The translations under genes were made by a program, and so were the position numbers. A stretch of 64,000 nt of DNA from Blepharisma stoltei ATCC 30299 (lineage: Eukaryota > Protista > Ciliophora): assembly GCA_965603825.1 (NCBI GenBank), contig CBFDEM010000053.1:868001-932000 (forward strand), written 5' to 3'. The number at the start of each line of letters is the position of its first letter. The first letter of the stretch is position 1. Under the pieces are notes generated by a model. It was not told the origin of the DNA, made no database searches, and saw only the letters and a program-made list of their open reading frames with translations. Shown here piece after piece: positions 22,745 to 35,944 of the stretch.

Positions 22745-24865
22745 ATGTCTAGCAAAGGGAGCAACCACAAATCACACTTAAAGCAGGAAAATAAACCATT
22801 CAAACACCACGGAAAAACACAACCAAAGAAAAAAATCCAAGGCAGGACTGCTATTGCTCCCCACGTCGTGACAGATTGGGTAAAGGTCAATAAATCTGAC
22901 CGATTAAATGCAGCCTTACAAAAACGAAAAAACAAGCGAGAAGAGCTCAGCATGAAAAGACGTGGCATTAGCTCATCAAAAGGTGACGAAATGGATATTG
23001 AAGGCCGCTTTGAATTTATTCCAAAAATTATTGGAATCTTAGATATGAATGGCAGAGCAGATATCGACAGACTGAAAAACAGCTTATTAGCTGGCTGTGA
23101 ACAGAATGAAAATTCATATATTCTTCCTAAATACGCAGCAAAAAATATGCCGATCTCCTTTGTACACATAATGCGAGACGATCTGCATGTGATCAACTGG
23201 TGCAAAGTAGTCGACATGCTCATTGTAGTTCTCAGCTGCAATGGAATTGATGTTGCACAAGTAAAAACTGACCCAGATAAGTGTGATGCTTTTGATGCCA
23301 AAGGCTACGATTTCTTGTCAGCCATGAAATCGCAAGGGCTGCCACCTGTACTTGGTGTATTGCAACATCTAGAGACAGTCCCAGCCAAAAAGCAAAAAGA
23401 TGTAAAAAAATTATTTTCCAGGTACTATGAGAGCGAATTTCCTGAGACTCAGAAGCTAATCCCTGAAGAAAAACAAGAAAATATATTAAGAGGGATTGGG
23501 AATACTTTATTTTACACAAATGAAATGATGTGGAAAGAGTTTCGCAGCTATTTATTAGCAGAAAAAATAGATGTGAGGGGAAATGATTTAGAAGTAAGTG
23601 GGTATATTAAAGGAAGTGGCTTCTTAAATGTGAACCAAATTGTACATGTGACTGGGTTTGGAGATTTTGTGTTGAGCTCAATGACTATTGGCTCAGGGGT
23701 GATTGTTAATGAAAACCCACAGTCCTTGCAAGCTGAAAATGAGCCTGATACTTTTGTAGCAGAGCAGACTTGGCCGACTGAGCAAGAGCTTGCAGAAGCG
23801 TTTTCTAAGCTAGATGTAGTCCCTACAGATCATCTTCCTAATGAGCTAATAGATGAAGACGAAGATGAAGGGGCTGCCTTAGAGCTAGATCAGCCTTCTC
23901 AAGCTTTTGAATTTCAAGAACGAAAGCCAGAAGAGCTTGACTTCCCTGACGAGGTTGAAACACCTTCAGATCAGCCTGCAAGAGTCCGATTTCAGAAATA
24001 TCGAGGCCTCGCCAGCTTCAGGACTTCTAAATGGGATCCTTATGAAAATCTGCCCAGAGAATACGCCAAGCTTTTCGAATTCAAAGAGCCGAACCACATC
24101 ATCAAAAAATACACAGTCGACGAAACCAAAGAAAATTCCCAAACAAAATACGGAGAATATATATTTTTGCTAATCAAAGATTTCCCTATCAATGCTTTGA
24201 AAAATTCCCCACAAACTCTCCCATTGATAATTTCCTCAGTTTTGCCTCATGAGAGAAAATTGACTGTTTTGAACTTCAAGCTTGAAAGATGGGGAAACCC
24301 AGACATCCCGCTAAAATCTAAAGAGCCATTGATTTTTCACTGTGGGTTCAGAAGGTTTGTATGCAGACCTATATACTCAGAAGACACAACTGCTGACAAG
24401 TTTAAATATTTGAAAGAGTTTAAAGACGAAGGCAGCATAATAGCAACGATTTTTGCACCAGCCATGTTTGGTCCTGCGAATGTACTTGTATATAAAGAAA
24501 CCAGTAATTTTTATTTAGTGGATGGAGTTGAACAAGTCGCTGTCGGGGCTTTGCATAGTTTTGATCCTAAAAGGGTGGTAATTAAGAGGATATTGTTGAC
24601 TGGGTATCCTTTAAAAATACACAAAAGGAAGGCTGTGGTGAGATATATGTTTTTGGATCCGAAAGATATTAATTATTTTAAGCCTGTGGAATTGTTTACT
24701 AAGGCGGGGCTAAGAGGGAATATTAGAGAAAGCTTAGGGACACATGGGTATATGAAATGTGTTTTTAATGACTTCATAAAGCATGGAGATATTATATGTC
24801 TACCTCTATATAGAAGAGTGTTTCCAGTCTGGGATGCAAGCATTTGGGCACCAGTTTCTAATTAA
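22745..24865 (+). CDS. TSR1: Pre-40S ribosome biogenesis factor Tsr1
   Basis: LKQENKPFK, EQTWPTE, FPDEVETP..ARVRFQKYRGLASFRTSKWDPYENLP, ESLGTHGYMKCVF, LYRRVFP. Confidence 0.95.
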   Translation: MSSKGSNHKSHLKQENKPFKHHGKTQPKKKIQGRTAIAPHVVTDWVKVNKSDRLNAALQKRKNKREELSMKRRGISSSKGDEMDIEGRFEFIPKIIGILDMNGRADIDRLKNSLLAGCEQNENSYILPKYAAKNMPISFVHIMRDDLHVINWCKVVDMLIVVLSCNGIDVAQVKTDPDKCDAFDAKGYDFLSAMKSQGLPPVLGVLQHLETVPAKKQKDVKKLFSRYYESEFPETQKLIPEEKQENILRGIGNTLFYTNEMMWKEFRSYLLAEKIDVRGNDLEVSGYIKGSGFLNVNQIVHVTGFGDFVLSSMTIGSGVIVNENPQSLQAENEPDTFVAEQTWPTEQELAEAFSKLDVVPTDHLPNELIDEDEDEGAALELDQPSQAFEFQERKPEELDFPDEVETPSDQPARVRFQKYRGLASFRTSKWDPYENLPREYAKLFEFKEPNHIIKKYTVDETKENSQTKYGEYIFLLIKDFPINALKNSPQTLPLIISSVLPHERKLTVLNFKLERWGNPDIPLKSKEPLIFHCGFRRFVCRPIYSEDTTADKFKYLKEFKDEGSIIATIFAPAMFGPANVLVYKETSNFYLVDGVEQVAVGALHSFDPKRVVIKRILLTGYPLKIHKRKAVVRYMFLDPKDINYFKPVELFTKAGLRGNIRESLGTHGYMKCVFNDFIKHGDIICLPLYRRVFPVWDASIWAPVSN

Positions 24866-25205
24866 GAATTTTAGTCATAATTTCGATATATTAAATAACT
24901 TTTAAGTTCACCTCATATAGAATCAGCCAGCTATCTGTTTTCTGCTACCCAGAGGATCAGAATTAGTTTGAATTTTCATGTTTGATAGATATATTGGATC
25001 ATCTCTTTAAAATCAAAATTATTATTTTCTTAATTAAGTTAATCATTGAAGTAAATCATTATAAGCTATATATAATACTTTTCCACTAATAAATAGTGTT
25101 AAATCAGCATTGCAAAGAGACCTTGATCATTTTTAATTACATTTCTTTTTATGGGCAGTTACAACGATCATGTCTAATATATAATTGCTAAAAAATAATA
25201 GCAAA

Positions 25206-28200
25206 ATGATAGGCAAATCGATGGTTTCTCCAAGCACTATTACAATTGATGACGTAAAAGTTGCATTAGAACGGTTTTTGATTCCAGGAATTATTGTTAA
25301 AATCCCAGTTGAGTGTTTTACATCCAGCAACGAATTACTGTTTATTGGCACAAAAACTGGCGAAATTAGGATCATTCAGCTGGAAACCCAGCTAGAAGGA
25401 AGGCTTGAGGGCCACGTAGAAAAAGTCAGCTGCTTAAAATTAATTAAGCAAAATAATTACCTTATATCAGGATCTTATGATGGCTCTGTCAGAGTTTGGC
25501 TAATTGAAGAGCGAAAACATGTCTCTATCACCCAATTTCACAGTCAAGTTTCATGTATAGAAATTACTCCAGATAATTACTACATCGGAATTGGTACAAA
25601 TGAAGGCATAATGCATATTTGGAACTATGAAAAAAATCAATTATGAGATTTAGAAGGGCACATTGGCAGAATAAAATCAATAAAAGCGACTCCTGATAAT
25701 AAAACCTTTATTTCTTGTTCTGAAGATGGGTCTATCAGGCTCTGAAGCATTGAAGATAAAAATCAAATAAAATTGATAGAAGACATTGAATTTCCTTCAA
25801 AATTCAAACTAACTCATAGCGGAAAAATTATTGTAGCAGTAGCTGCTGATGTAGATTTAAGCTTTTGGAGCATCGAAGAAAGCAAGCAGCTTGAGAAAAC
25901 TGAAGCTCATTCGCAATTAATAAATTGTTTAGAAATCACCAATGATGATAAAAGAGTTATCACTGCATCAAATGATGCTTCAATAAAAGTGTTCTTAATT
26001 GAAACAAAAAAACTTGAATTTACTCTTGAAGGCCACTTAGGAGAAGTTCAATCACTTGCAATCAGTAGCAATGACAGATATGTAATTTCTGGCTCATCTG
26101 ATTTTACTGTAAGGGTATGAGATTTAAATAAAAAAGAACAAATCCATGCTTTAGATGGGGTTGAAGCTATTTCCTGACGATTAATGATGACTGAAGATAG
26201 AAATTACATTATATCTGCTCTTACTGACGAGTCACTAAGAGTTTGGCATTTAGATGAAAGAAAACCGAGTAGCATTTTAAAAGGCCACGAATCCGAAATA
26301 AAGCAACTGAAAATTACCAGAGATAGTAAATATATAATTTCAGGCTCAGGCGATAAAACTATCAGAATATGGAACGTGGAAGAGCAAAAAGAAGTAAACA
26401 GCCTTAGAGGCCATGGAGAAGAAATTAGTTGTATGCAGCTTTCATGTGACGATCAGTATATTATTTCTGGCTCCAAAGATGAGTCTGTAAGAGTGTGAAA
26501 TATGGGTGGAAAATTCAAAGAAAATGTTATAAAAAGAGAAGGGGTTAAATTTTTACACCTGCAAATTACGCTGGATAATTATTATATAGTGACTGCTGAC
26601 TCTGAACATAAAGTTAGAATTTGGTCTCTAGATGAAGACTCTGGCTTTGAATATGTCCTTGAAGGCCATACTGACCTTATAAACGACTTGCAAGTTACCA
26701 CTGATAGCCAATACATTGTAACTGGATCAAGAGACAACACGTTAAGAATTTGAAGCATTGAAGAAAAAAGATGCAGAGCCATTTTAGATAGCCACACAGA
26801 CCATGTATTCTGTTTACAAATTACTAAAGACAATAAATACATTGTTTCTGGTGCCAATGACACAAATATAATTATTTGGAATATAAATAGTGGAGAAAAT
26901 CTTGCAGTCCTGGAAGGGCATAAAAATGAATTAAGGTGTCTTGCTATTACAAGTGACAATAAAATCATAGTTTCTGGCTCAAATGACAAAACAATTAGAC
27001 TCTGAAGCTTTGTAGATAAAAGGCAAATTTCAGTACTCAGAGGTCATGAGGATAGAATTTCTTGTCTAGAAATATCGAAAGACAATAATTACATTTATTC
27101 TGGCGCTTTTGACTCTACAGTGAGAATTTGGAATATAAAAGAAAGAAGACAAGAAGCTGTCCTCAAAGGGCACAATTATCCAATAAATTGTCTAAAAATT
27201 TCCTATGATGGGTCATATTTGGCATCTGGGTCGAAAGATAAAACAATTAGAATTTGGACCTTAAATGAAGTATTAATAACTACTAACGAGCTAAGGCAAA
27301 CAAAGCAAATCAAATTTTATGGAGTTGGGACTGGAATAGACAATCAAATTTATTGCAAAAAGCTAACTAATGGTGAGCACCCTGATGAAACAATGATGAA
27401 TACTTTGATTTATCCTTTGAAAATAAATATTTTGCATTATTATTGCTATTATGATTTAGTTGATGACTTATCAAAAGCTTTGCAGCTGAACTGTGCTATT
27501 TTTAAAGACATATATGGAAAAAGCCCACTACGGTACGCCATTGAGAGGAAATCCAGGAGAAGTTTAAATTTGATTCTTAGGTATATCATAGGGATTAGAA
27601 ATGATATTATATTAGAACAATTTATGCACGGAATTAGGGATGATATTGTACCGTTATTCGGGTCATATTCAGAACTTTTACTTCCATTTCTATTTGCCTT
27701 GTTTAAAAAAAGTGAAGACAAAGATTTAATCGCGTTTGCAAGACCTAAAAGTAAGCTTCCTATTACTATTTTTTCTCCGTCAATTGTCCCATATTATCCA
27801 GACTTTGTGTATGGTCCAAAAGAAAATAACCTTGTGCCAGAAGTCTTGGTACAGTATTGGGCTAGTCCATTAAGCTGAAATTTCAGCAATGGCTCTAAAG
27901 ACAGCTTAAAATTTTTAATAGGTGTTCATCAGTGCCCAAATATAGATATATATAGGACTCCTCTAATTAGATGGCTTATAAGGCTGAAATGAGAAGAAAT
28001 GAAATATTTTACAGTATCATTTACCATTCTTTTCTACCTCAATCTTGTTGCAATGGCTGTTATAATGGACACTCCATCAATCCCTATTTATATCGTTTTT
28101 TGGGTTATAAATTTCCTGCTATTTTCCTATGAAATATTCCAGTTGTATTCTTTAAGGCTAGTTTACTTCGAAGATGTCTGAAATTATCATGATATTGTTA

Positions 28201-29018
28201 GGCTTGCGTTATGCTTTACATGAAGTATTCTTGATATACAAGGTTATAGATATGATGTGCTTACATTTTTAACAGTAATATCCAATTTCTTAAGAGGAAT
28301 TCACTATTTCAGAGCTTTCGATAAAACACGTTTCTATGTGAGATTAGTCTTCAGAGCTGCCTATGACACTGTTTACTTTTTGTTTATTCTATTATATTCT
28401 ACCTTTGCTTTTGGTGTTTTATATGCTTCAGCTAAAAGCGATGATGTTGAAATAGAGAAAAGCTGGAAAATTTCTTATGAATTAGATATGGGCTATTTCA
28501 ATAATGAAGGCTATAATGGTCTGCAATACCTCTGCTTTTCTTTGGCTAGCATCCTCAACGTCATTTTAATAGGCAACCTTCTGATTTCAGTACTAGGAGA
28601 TTCCTTCAAAAAATTTCAGCGGAGCGCAGAAGCTCTAGATTTCAAAGAAATGCTTGACGTCGTCATTGAATTCGAGTCTCTTATGTTCTGAAAGCGAAAA
28701 TCAGGTCAGCGGACTTATCTTCAAATGTGTGATTTTTATCAACAAAACGAAAAGCCAGATGCTGCTGGTAAGTTTACCCAGCAGCAAGGCAATAAAATAG
28801 AAATTTTCAAAAACGACGTGATTGAAAGCTTCAAAGATAAAACCTCTTCATTAGAAGAAAAGCTGACCGATAAAATAAATGAAAAAATAAACGCTCTTGA
28901 TATGAAATTTTATTCTTTAGAAACAAAAATCAAAGAAAATGAAGAAAAAATGGCAGCTCAGGAAGAAAGGCTGAATAAAAAATTGGACTCAATTTTAGAA
29001 CTTTTAAATAAAAAATAA
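25206..29018 (+). CDS. WD40-repeat protein fused to an ankyrin-like segment and a TRP-like ion-channel domain with C-terminal coiled coil (about 1270 aa)
   Basis: Eight ORF fragments in one frame with TGA at WD-repeat Trp positions. Many GH..SGS.D.T.RIW repeats; GKSPLRYAI; YF.D.WNY.DI; S6-like ILNVILIGNLLISVLGDSF. Confidence 0.85.
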
Positions 29019-29089
29019 TTTAAAATTTATTGCTATATCCTGCCGTCTTAAAGATCAATTATTTATTCTCTGCTAAAGTGGTTTTTTAA

Positions 29090-30304
29090 TTACAAAATTA
29101 TTTTTTTAACAAATTTCATTGGTTTCTTTATACCAAGAAGATTTAATACTTCATCTGGAATTTCAAAATTCTTCAAAGCTGTTTCATGGAAATTTAGCTT
29201 CATTAGAATATCAGAATCCTCAAAACAGTAATATTTTTTCTGAAGCTTTATTGAAACTTCTGTGTTGCCTTTACTACAGTCTATATGAATCTATATAAAG
29301 TTTACATTTTTTGCTTTTTCTTCTTCTGTAGCTACTATAATGAATGGGAAGCGAATTATTTCACGACTCATTATAAATTTTTTGTTTCTGTTTATAAGTG
29401 ATTTTATTGAAAGATATTTGTATGAGAGCTGTTTAAGTGATTTTTTCTTAGTTTCAATTCTTTTTTTAGCTTCATCCAAGCTGTTTTTAATTTTAAAATT
29501 TTCATTTGGAATAACAACACTTTTCATACCTTTCCAAAAGTACCTTTTTCCTTCTTTACGCAATACGTCAGATGCTATTAAAACATTAAGTGCATCATAC
29601 ACTCTTCTTAAAATATTTTTTCCATCCTTATCTGAATTAAAACCTTCTGCTCTGTTAAGCTCTAAAATCAGCTCATCTGCAACTTCTTTGTAAGAACTAA
29701 ATCCATTCCGAGATATTATATCCTTTACTCTTACACTTAACATTTTTAAGCCTTTCCCCATTCTAGGGGTGCTTTGTTCTGAATAAGGCACTTTTGGAGA
29801 AAGTGGGGTGCTAGCTATAGTAGGCTTATAAACTGGGACTGGGGTCATACAAGGAGTGCTTGTCCACATAGAACTTAAAGAATTGTCTTCAAAGTCAAGA
29901 GGATCACTTTCATCGTAATTTCTCAGCCCTAAATCATATGCTTCAGATATGTCATAGATACGATTTTCATAAAAAGTTTTTAAAAATTCCTCTCTAACCC
30001 CTCGTGAAATGTCCCACGGTTTCGGTGAATATTGGCTACTGCTAGGAGTTATAGATCCAAGCTCATCCTGCATTGGATCTTGGTATTCTGATGTGATTTG
30101 GGCTATCACATCGATCACAGTCAAAGGTTTATTAAAGGCACCTTGATGAGGCAAATAACCCAAATTGAGGAAAATATAATATAATGATGTATCTGAAGAG
30201 AGATGAGGAATATAACTCTTAAGGACATCAGATGTATCATGCGAATTCTGTAAATCTTTGATTAATGATTTGATGTGGGCAGGATAATATTTAGATTGGT
30301 CCAT
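29090..30304 (-). CDS. E2F/DP-family transcription factor (DP-like), one 15-nt intron
   Basis: KGLKMLSVRV..SYKEVADEL..NILRRVYDALNVL winged helix; FPFII dimerisation motif; removing intron 29291-29305 restores the frame to TAA 29090. Confidence 0.88.
29291..29305 (-). other. 15-nt spliceosomal intron GTAAACTTTATATAG
   Basis: GT-AG with A at position 10; contains an in-frame TAG; removal extends the DP ORF. Confidence 0.85.
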
Positions 30305-30789
30305 TACCAATATAAAGGTTATGATTTAATAACTAAATGCATTCTCAATATGGAGTTATATCATTTTTAAGCTATTTAAGTTTCAGCTATGTTAGTTTTT
30401 AAAAAATTTCTTGAAGAAAACAATTTATGATTAATAAATTATTTAATATGAAATTATCCTTAATGAGAATTTTTATAAGGATAATGCAATAAATGAGAAA
30501 ATCATTGATTTCGCAGATAACTAGTTCTCTGCAATGAGCACATAATGAAAAAATTTGAAAGATAAACACATAATGGATATTAATTTGATATAAAGGTGGA
30601 ATTAGCATATAGTCTTAGAAAAATAATTACAAATAAATGGAAGCATTTATCAAAAAAAATTATGCATGAATCCTAAAGAATTAATTAAAACTATAGATAA
30701 ATTCATAATTTCAAAAATGAACAGAAAGGCCATTGCATTACACCTTAAGGTAAAAGTACAGGATTTCTCTAGCCAAAAAACTAATTTTA

Positions 30790-33033
30790 TTAACTATTAG
30801 TCTGCCTAAATTTATTATCAAAAAATTCTAGACATACAAGTTCCCAATTTTCATAATGCGATATCACAAGCTTCTCACAAATTTCGCTATCCAAGATTAT
30901 ATAATCTTGTTTTTTAGTTTCTGGATCATAAATATCAACAGTAGGCATGATGAACTGGCAATTATAAGTAGTCCCATCAATCATGACGTCTGCTTTGCAA
31001 GGCTCAAGTTTATTATCATTATTCCCTAAAAACTCAAAGCTATCTATTACGAGCTTCAGTTTCCAAACTTTTTTCTTCCTTACCTCTAAGCTTGAAATTT
31101 TACACCCAATCACTAAATTTTCTAAAAATTTTTCTCTATTTTTCTCAAAAAGTGCAAGAAGTGAAGCGATATCTTCAATTTTGTATGAATATTTAGCTTC
31201 AATTTCATTATTTTTCAATATAACTTCAGGCGCATTTAATGATAAAATCACTGTTTTTTCGTTTTGAACTGTATTAGCTTTAAGGGAGCTTGTATCCGTC
31301 CCTGATCTTCTTGCGCGAAGAGATTTTTCTTCTAATTCATGTAGCTTGAAATAATTCAATCATTTTTCGTTTCATTCGTTAAAATTGGCTTCAATCATTT
31401 GCTTTAAAAGACCAAGAGGGATTGGACGAATAGCACTGACGCCAACTGCATATACTTCAACAGTTGGTAGGCTTATTTTCCAAATGTGGCCTGTTTGCTT
31501 TGTTTTTATTATTACTGGGGTTTTATGATAATCCCAACTGTTTCTCTCTTCCTCAGAAAATCACAGATTTAGCTGTTTTTCAGTATCTTTTGTATTTTCT
31601 GGATAATAAATGCTTGATTTCACAGGGGAATCAGGAGATAGCTTATCATCTATAGATTTTATTATTTTTTTGCACGCCGCTAATGCATTTGATCCTTCCC
31701 AACACATAATAACAGCTGGGCCTTCAATTAACTCTTCAACTATTTTTTTATAATTTTCGTTTTGGCTTAAATCTTTATAAAACTCTTCTACAAGTTCTTT
31801 GCTCGGTTTTATTATTTTATTCGCTTTTATACTTAGTCCAGCAGATTCTAGCTTTTTAATTGTCTGTCCTATAACTCTCCTTTTAACAGCATTTGGCTTT
31901 AATAGTAGAAATGCTCTTTGAAAGTCTGAGTGAAACAGAATTTGTGAATATTTCTCAGAAATTTCTGCGAATGATGTGGAGTAATTTTCTTTTTTCATAA
32001 AAGTTAGCTGATTATTTCCTATAAAAACACTAATTGTGACGTTGGTGATGATATCAAGATCGGTTCCAAAGACTACATGCTTCAGTAAAGAAAGAGGGAG
32101 TTTTAAATCAAAATCAACCCCCTCAACATTAATTATAGCTGAATTCAGCTTTAATATTATTCCTGGTATTTCATAAGTCAGACAAGAATTTTCTGCTATG
32201 TTATGCGCTTCTATTTGTTCCTCAAAAATCTGAATATTTGGTATCGATATAGGAGTTCTCCTTGCTGAGTCTTCACTTTCCAGATAATTCGTTTCAGTAG
32301 GAATATTAAGCTTTGGAATCACAACTTCTTCTACTTTATTTTTTTCCTGATCATCTTCAAGCTTTTTGTCTTCTTGTTTTGTATTTTCCAGATTTTTTAA
32401 TGCTTTGAACTCTTCTTCAATTTCTTTATCTTCATTTTCCCTAAGCTGGTTGAGGTTGTTAACAGCAATTTCTTTATTTTTAAATTTTTCTACTGTCGTT
32501 ATAACTGGGTGAAAGTTTTCTGGCTTCTCAATCACCAGTTCAGATTCTTGATTTTCTGCAATTTCTTCAATTAGATGTGCATCTTTATAGAACTCTATTG
32601 GGTTTTCACTTTTTGTTGTATCCGCTCCAATAGATTTATAGTCAACGATATCAGACCTATTGCTGTATCCTGACAATTCAAGCGAAAATGCTTGCTTTTC
32701 TTTTTCTTGAATTTCAGTTGTTTTCGAAAGTCTGCTGGTATAGTGTTTCCGAGTTAACGGAGGCAAGTTTTTTGGCTTGCGGATTCTTCCTAATATTTGC
32801 CGCTCATGAAGAGAAGTAAAAATAACTGCAGGCTGACTGTAAAGCCTAGTAAAACTCATTACATTATCTCCTCGATTTTGGTTTTTATTGGTATTATCAT
32901 TCGAAGTTTTAAAAGATTTAGCTCTTAGCCTTTCTTGATCTCTTGAAATCAATCTGCGGAAAGGAGCTGTTGATTGAAATGGCGAATACAGTTGTAATGG
33001 GACTAATCGTGTTGGTTTCGAGTATTGCTCCAT
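30790..33033 (-). CDS. Protein with a degenerate NDP-kinase domain (catalytic His absent)
   Basis: One frame via TGA=Trp. RAFLLLKPNAVKRRVIGQTIKKLE, GPAVIMCWEG; SSIYYPE replaces NIIHGSD; QLNL(W)F. Confidence 0.8.
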
Positions 33034-33104
33034 TTATATACTCAATTTTAAGCTGTATTTTATTATCAGTTTTATTACAAATACAGTTTATTTTGAAAAA
33101 TAAG

Positions 33105-34211
33105 TTAATAAAATTGGGTTTTAGTTGGAAGAATAAGTGGCTTCACCTGCATGTCCTCCTGCTCCATTACAGAGGAACTTTGAAAATGCTGCACAAGGTT
33201 TTGTCTTCCTTGAATTCGCGCATAAGCTAATGCGCAGATCTTTTCACTATTGAATCTTTCCCATCTTTTCCCATTAAATTGATTACAAACCAGCGGAATG
33301 ATTTGTGGATTCAAGAAATTAATGAAAGCATAGCCCACATTGCAGTTATTCTAAATATAATTTACCTTGAAATCAATTGGAAGGTAAAAAAAGTCATACG
33401 AGCATGGGAAATGTCGATCAATGGTATCAAGCAACATTTGCTGAGTGTACTTATTAGGGATGTTTTTAATCATAATTGTCGTTCTTATATCTTCCCCTCT
33501 CTCAATGCTCTCTACATTTATTGTATAATACATCTTTTCATCTTCGTCCATCATTTTTTTCCTCTGTTTTCTTCTCTCATCAAATGGACTTTCCTTATTT
33601 GACCCTTCAGAGCTATAGGACGAAAAGTACATATAAGGGCTTGGCTCTGTTGACTCTGAGCTTACACTGCTATCGAAATCCTGCTTGTAGTTTAAAGGGT
33701 TGTCATGAAACTCGTTTTCAAAAAACTTTTCAGGCTCAGTTTCGATTGGATTTGTAAGTTCAGAATAGGCTCTTCTGGCACATCTGACGTCAAAATAGTG
33801 GAGAAGTACATAAGTGCCGACAATTTGGGTGTACATGATATCTCCAAACGATTGAAACAGGTAAAGCCTTTCAAGATAAGTAGGATGAGGGATAACCAAA
33901 TAGTCAGCATTAGTTGGGTCTGAATTAGGTGCAACGAATTTGACTTCACATTTAGGCTGGAGGGCAAATTTAGCTTTGCAAGCGTCTCGGATATCAAAAT
34001 ACGACACTGAGAGAATCCCGTGCTTCTTCTTACCTAAGTCTATAGATTGGAGATCTCCAAATGCTTGGAGGTCGGGCAATAGTGCTTCTGGGGAGTCAAG
34101 TCCGACAATTTCCAAGACCCGTGATGGGGTTTCAGGCTCAAGCTCACATGTAGTAATTTTCTCAAAGATCCTGAGCCTGCGCCTTTTAGTTAGACATGTG
34201 TGATTGGACAT
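33105..34211 (-). CDS. Mei2-like RRM RNA-binding protein, one 15-nt intron
   Basis: RTTIMIKNIPNKYTQ..YDFFYLPIDFK|NNCNVGYAFINF..SEKICALAYARIQG (RRM_2). Confidence 0.92.
33351..33365 (-). other. 15-nt spliceosomal intron GTAAATTATATTTAG
   Basis: Removal gives the conserved PIDFKNNCNVGY. Confidence 0.92.
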
Positions 34212-34549
34212 ATATAAGGAAAGAATTATGAAAATGTTGAGCGGTTTGAGAACTGATTAAATTTATTTTAGAGAATAATAAAGAACAGAATATCTTTTTT
34301 AAACGCAAAAAATTACCGCTTTATATTTCAATTTGGGGTATTACTTAAAAGTGATTTGAATTAGGGACAGTAATAATTTTTATTAGTAAAATAATTTCTT
34401 ATATCAGATTTGATATTTTTAAATAAATTTCATTATAGAAAAGGTTAAAGCTTTAATTTTCCAATATTTCTAGAACTGGTCATTGAATTTTGAATTTTTA
34501 TTAAAATGGCTTGACAGAAATCATATTTATTTTTACATAATCACTTATG

Positions 34550-35800
34550 TTACGCCTCTTTCGGCAGATCTATCATTTGTGCTAAATTTTCCATTTGTTT
34601 ATACATTCTGTTCATTCTTTGTTCTAGGTTTTTTACTGACGTATTGATGTCCAAAATTGCTTGCTCTCTATATGTATTCAGCTCAGTTAATTTTTCTTTT
34701 TTTCGTTTAAATGCAAGTAATTGCTGCCTGAGATGAAGATAAGCAATAATTGTGTGTGGGTGGTCTGGGCCTCTTTTTCTTTTAGATACATAATAGTTCA
34801 TGCCTTTTTGGATTGTTTTTGCAGCTGCAGTCGTCTTTAAAATGCTTAAAAACGCTTTACTTTGGTTATTATTGAGTGTGATTTGCCCATCAACTGCTAC
34901 AATAATGGTTGAAAAAATTAAGGCGCCGAGTAAAAATCCAAGCACACAGATCATTCTGCCAAAGAAACTTATAGGATAAAAATCACCATAGCCTATAGTT
35001 GCCATTGTTGTAAACATAAGCCACAGCGCATTTAAAGGATTTTGGTAATCTTGTCCTGATAAATCAATTAATGGTCTTTCAAAAATTCTGACTAAGCTTC
35101 CTAATATAAAAATTGTTGGAATTCCTATCACATATGCAACCATATAAAGTGGATGCTGCTTCAATATGCACTTGAAGGAAAACCTGACATTTGCTTTTAC
35201 ATTATTTCTTTCACAATATCGTCTTGCTAAATGATCTTCATATGGGGCAAAATTAGCTAAGGCTCTTAATAAGAAGATAAACCTGCCAAACATAATCACA
35301 TAAAATATCTCGGATAAAGTATAGCAAACGGTCAAAGTTTCATATTGCCACCTGAATGGCATTGGAATTCCTGCATGCATAAAAGGATAAGGAAAAACCA
35401 AAAGCATAATAATTTCTAAAATCCTGACAATATTAAACGTACTTTTTTTCTTCAGTGGCTTCCTTCTCTTAATCACATTTAAACTAGCCTCAGCTTCATG
35501 CAAATATTTATCCCACAACGCCTTTTTTTGGTCTCTTAGTATAAGAAAGAACAGAGACATCGCTGTAGTAGTTGTAGTAATATAACGGAAAAGCTCATCG
35601 TCTGTTCCCTCAGCACAATTTCAATGGTTTCGGTCTAGAGAATAGTTAAACTCATAATCCAGTGTTGCAGAAACAATTCCTGCAATTGCGAAAACAGCTG
35701 ACAAAAATTCACATAAGCTCCAATTATCAAAAAGCTGCTCAGAGCGGGTGATTTTGTTTATTTTTCGCCTAGAAATAGCGTTTTCTGCCAAATCAGTCAT
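34550..35800 (-). CDS. Small-conductance Ca-activated (SK/KCNN-like) potassium channel
   Basis: TTMATIGYGDFYP pore, RIFERP, several TM helices, C-terminal coiled coil; TGA=Trp at 35621. Confidence 0.87.
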
Positions 35801-35944
35801 ATTACTGGAAAAATAATTAATATAGAAATTAGAGACTTTTGGTATAAAAAACAATTCCTTTGCAGTAGCAAAGCTAGTAGAAAAAATATCAAAAAAGTTC
35901 ATCTTATTTATGTCCAATCCAGTAATTAAATAAAGCTTCATATC

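Noticed and set aside
11209-29018. Pseudogene or selenoprotein interpretation of in-frame TGA codons
   Set aside because: TGA aligns with TGG in paralogues and with conserved Trp, not Cys; frames are otherwise intact.
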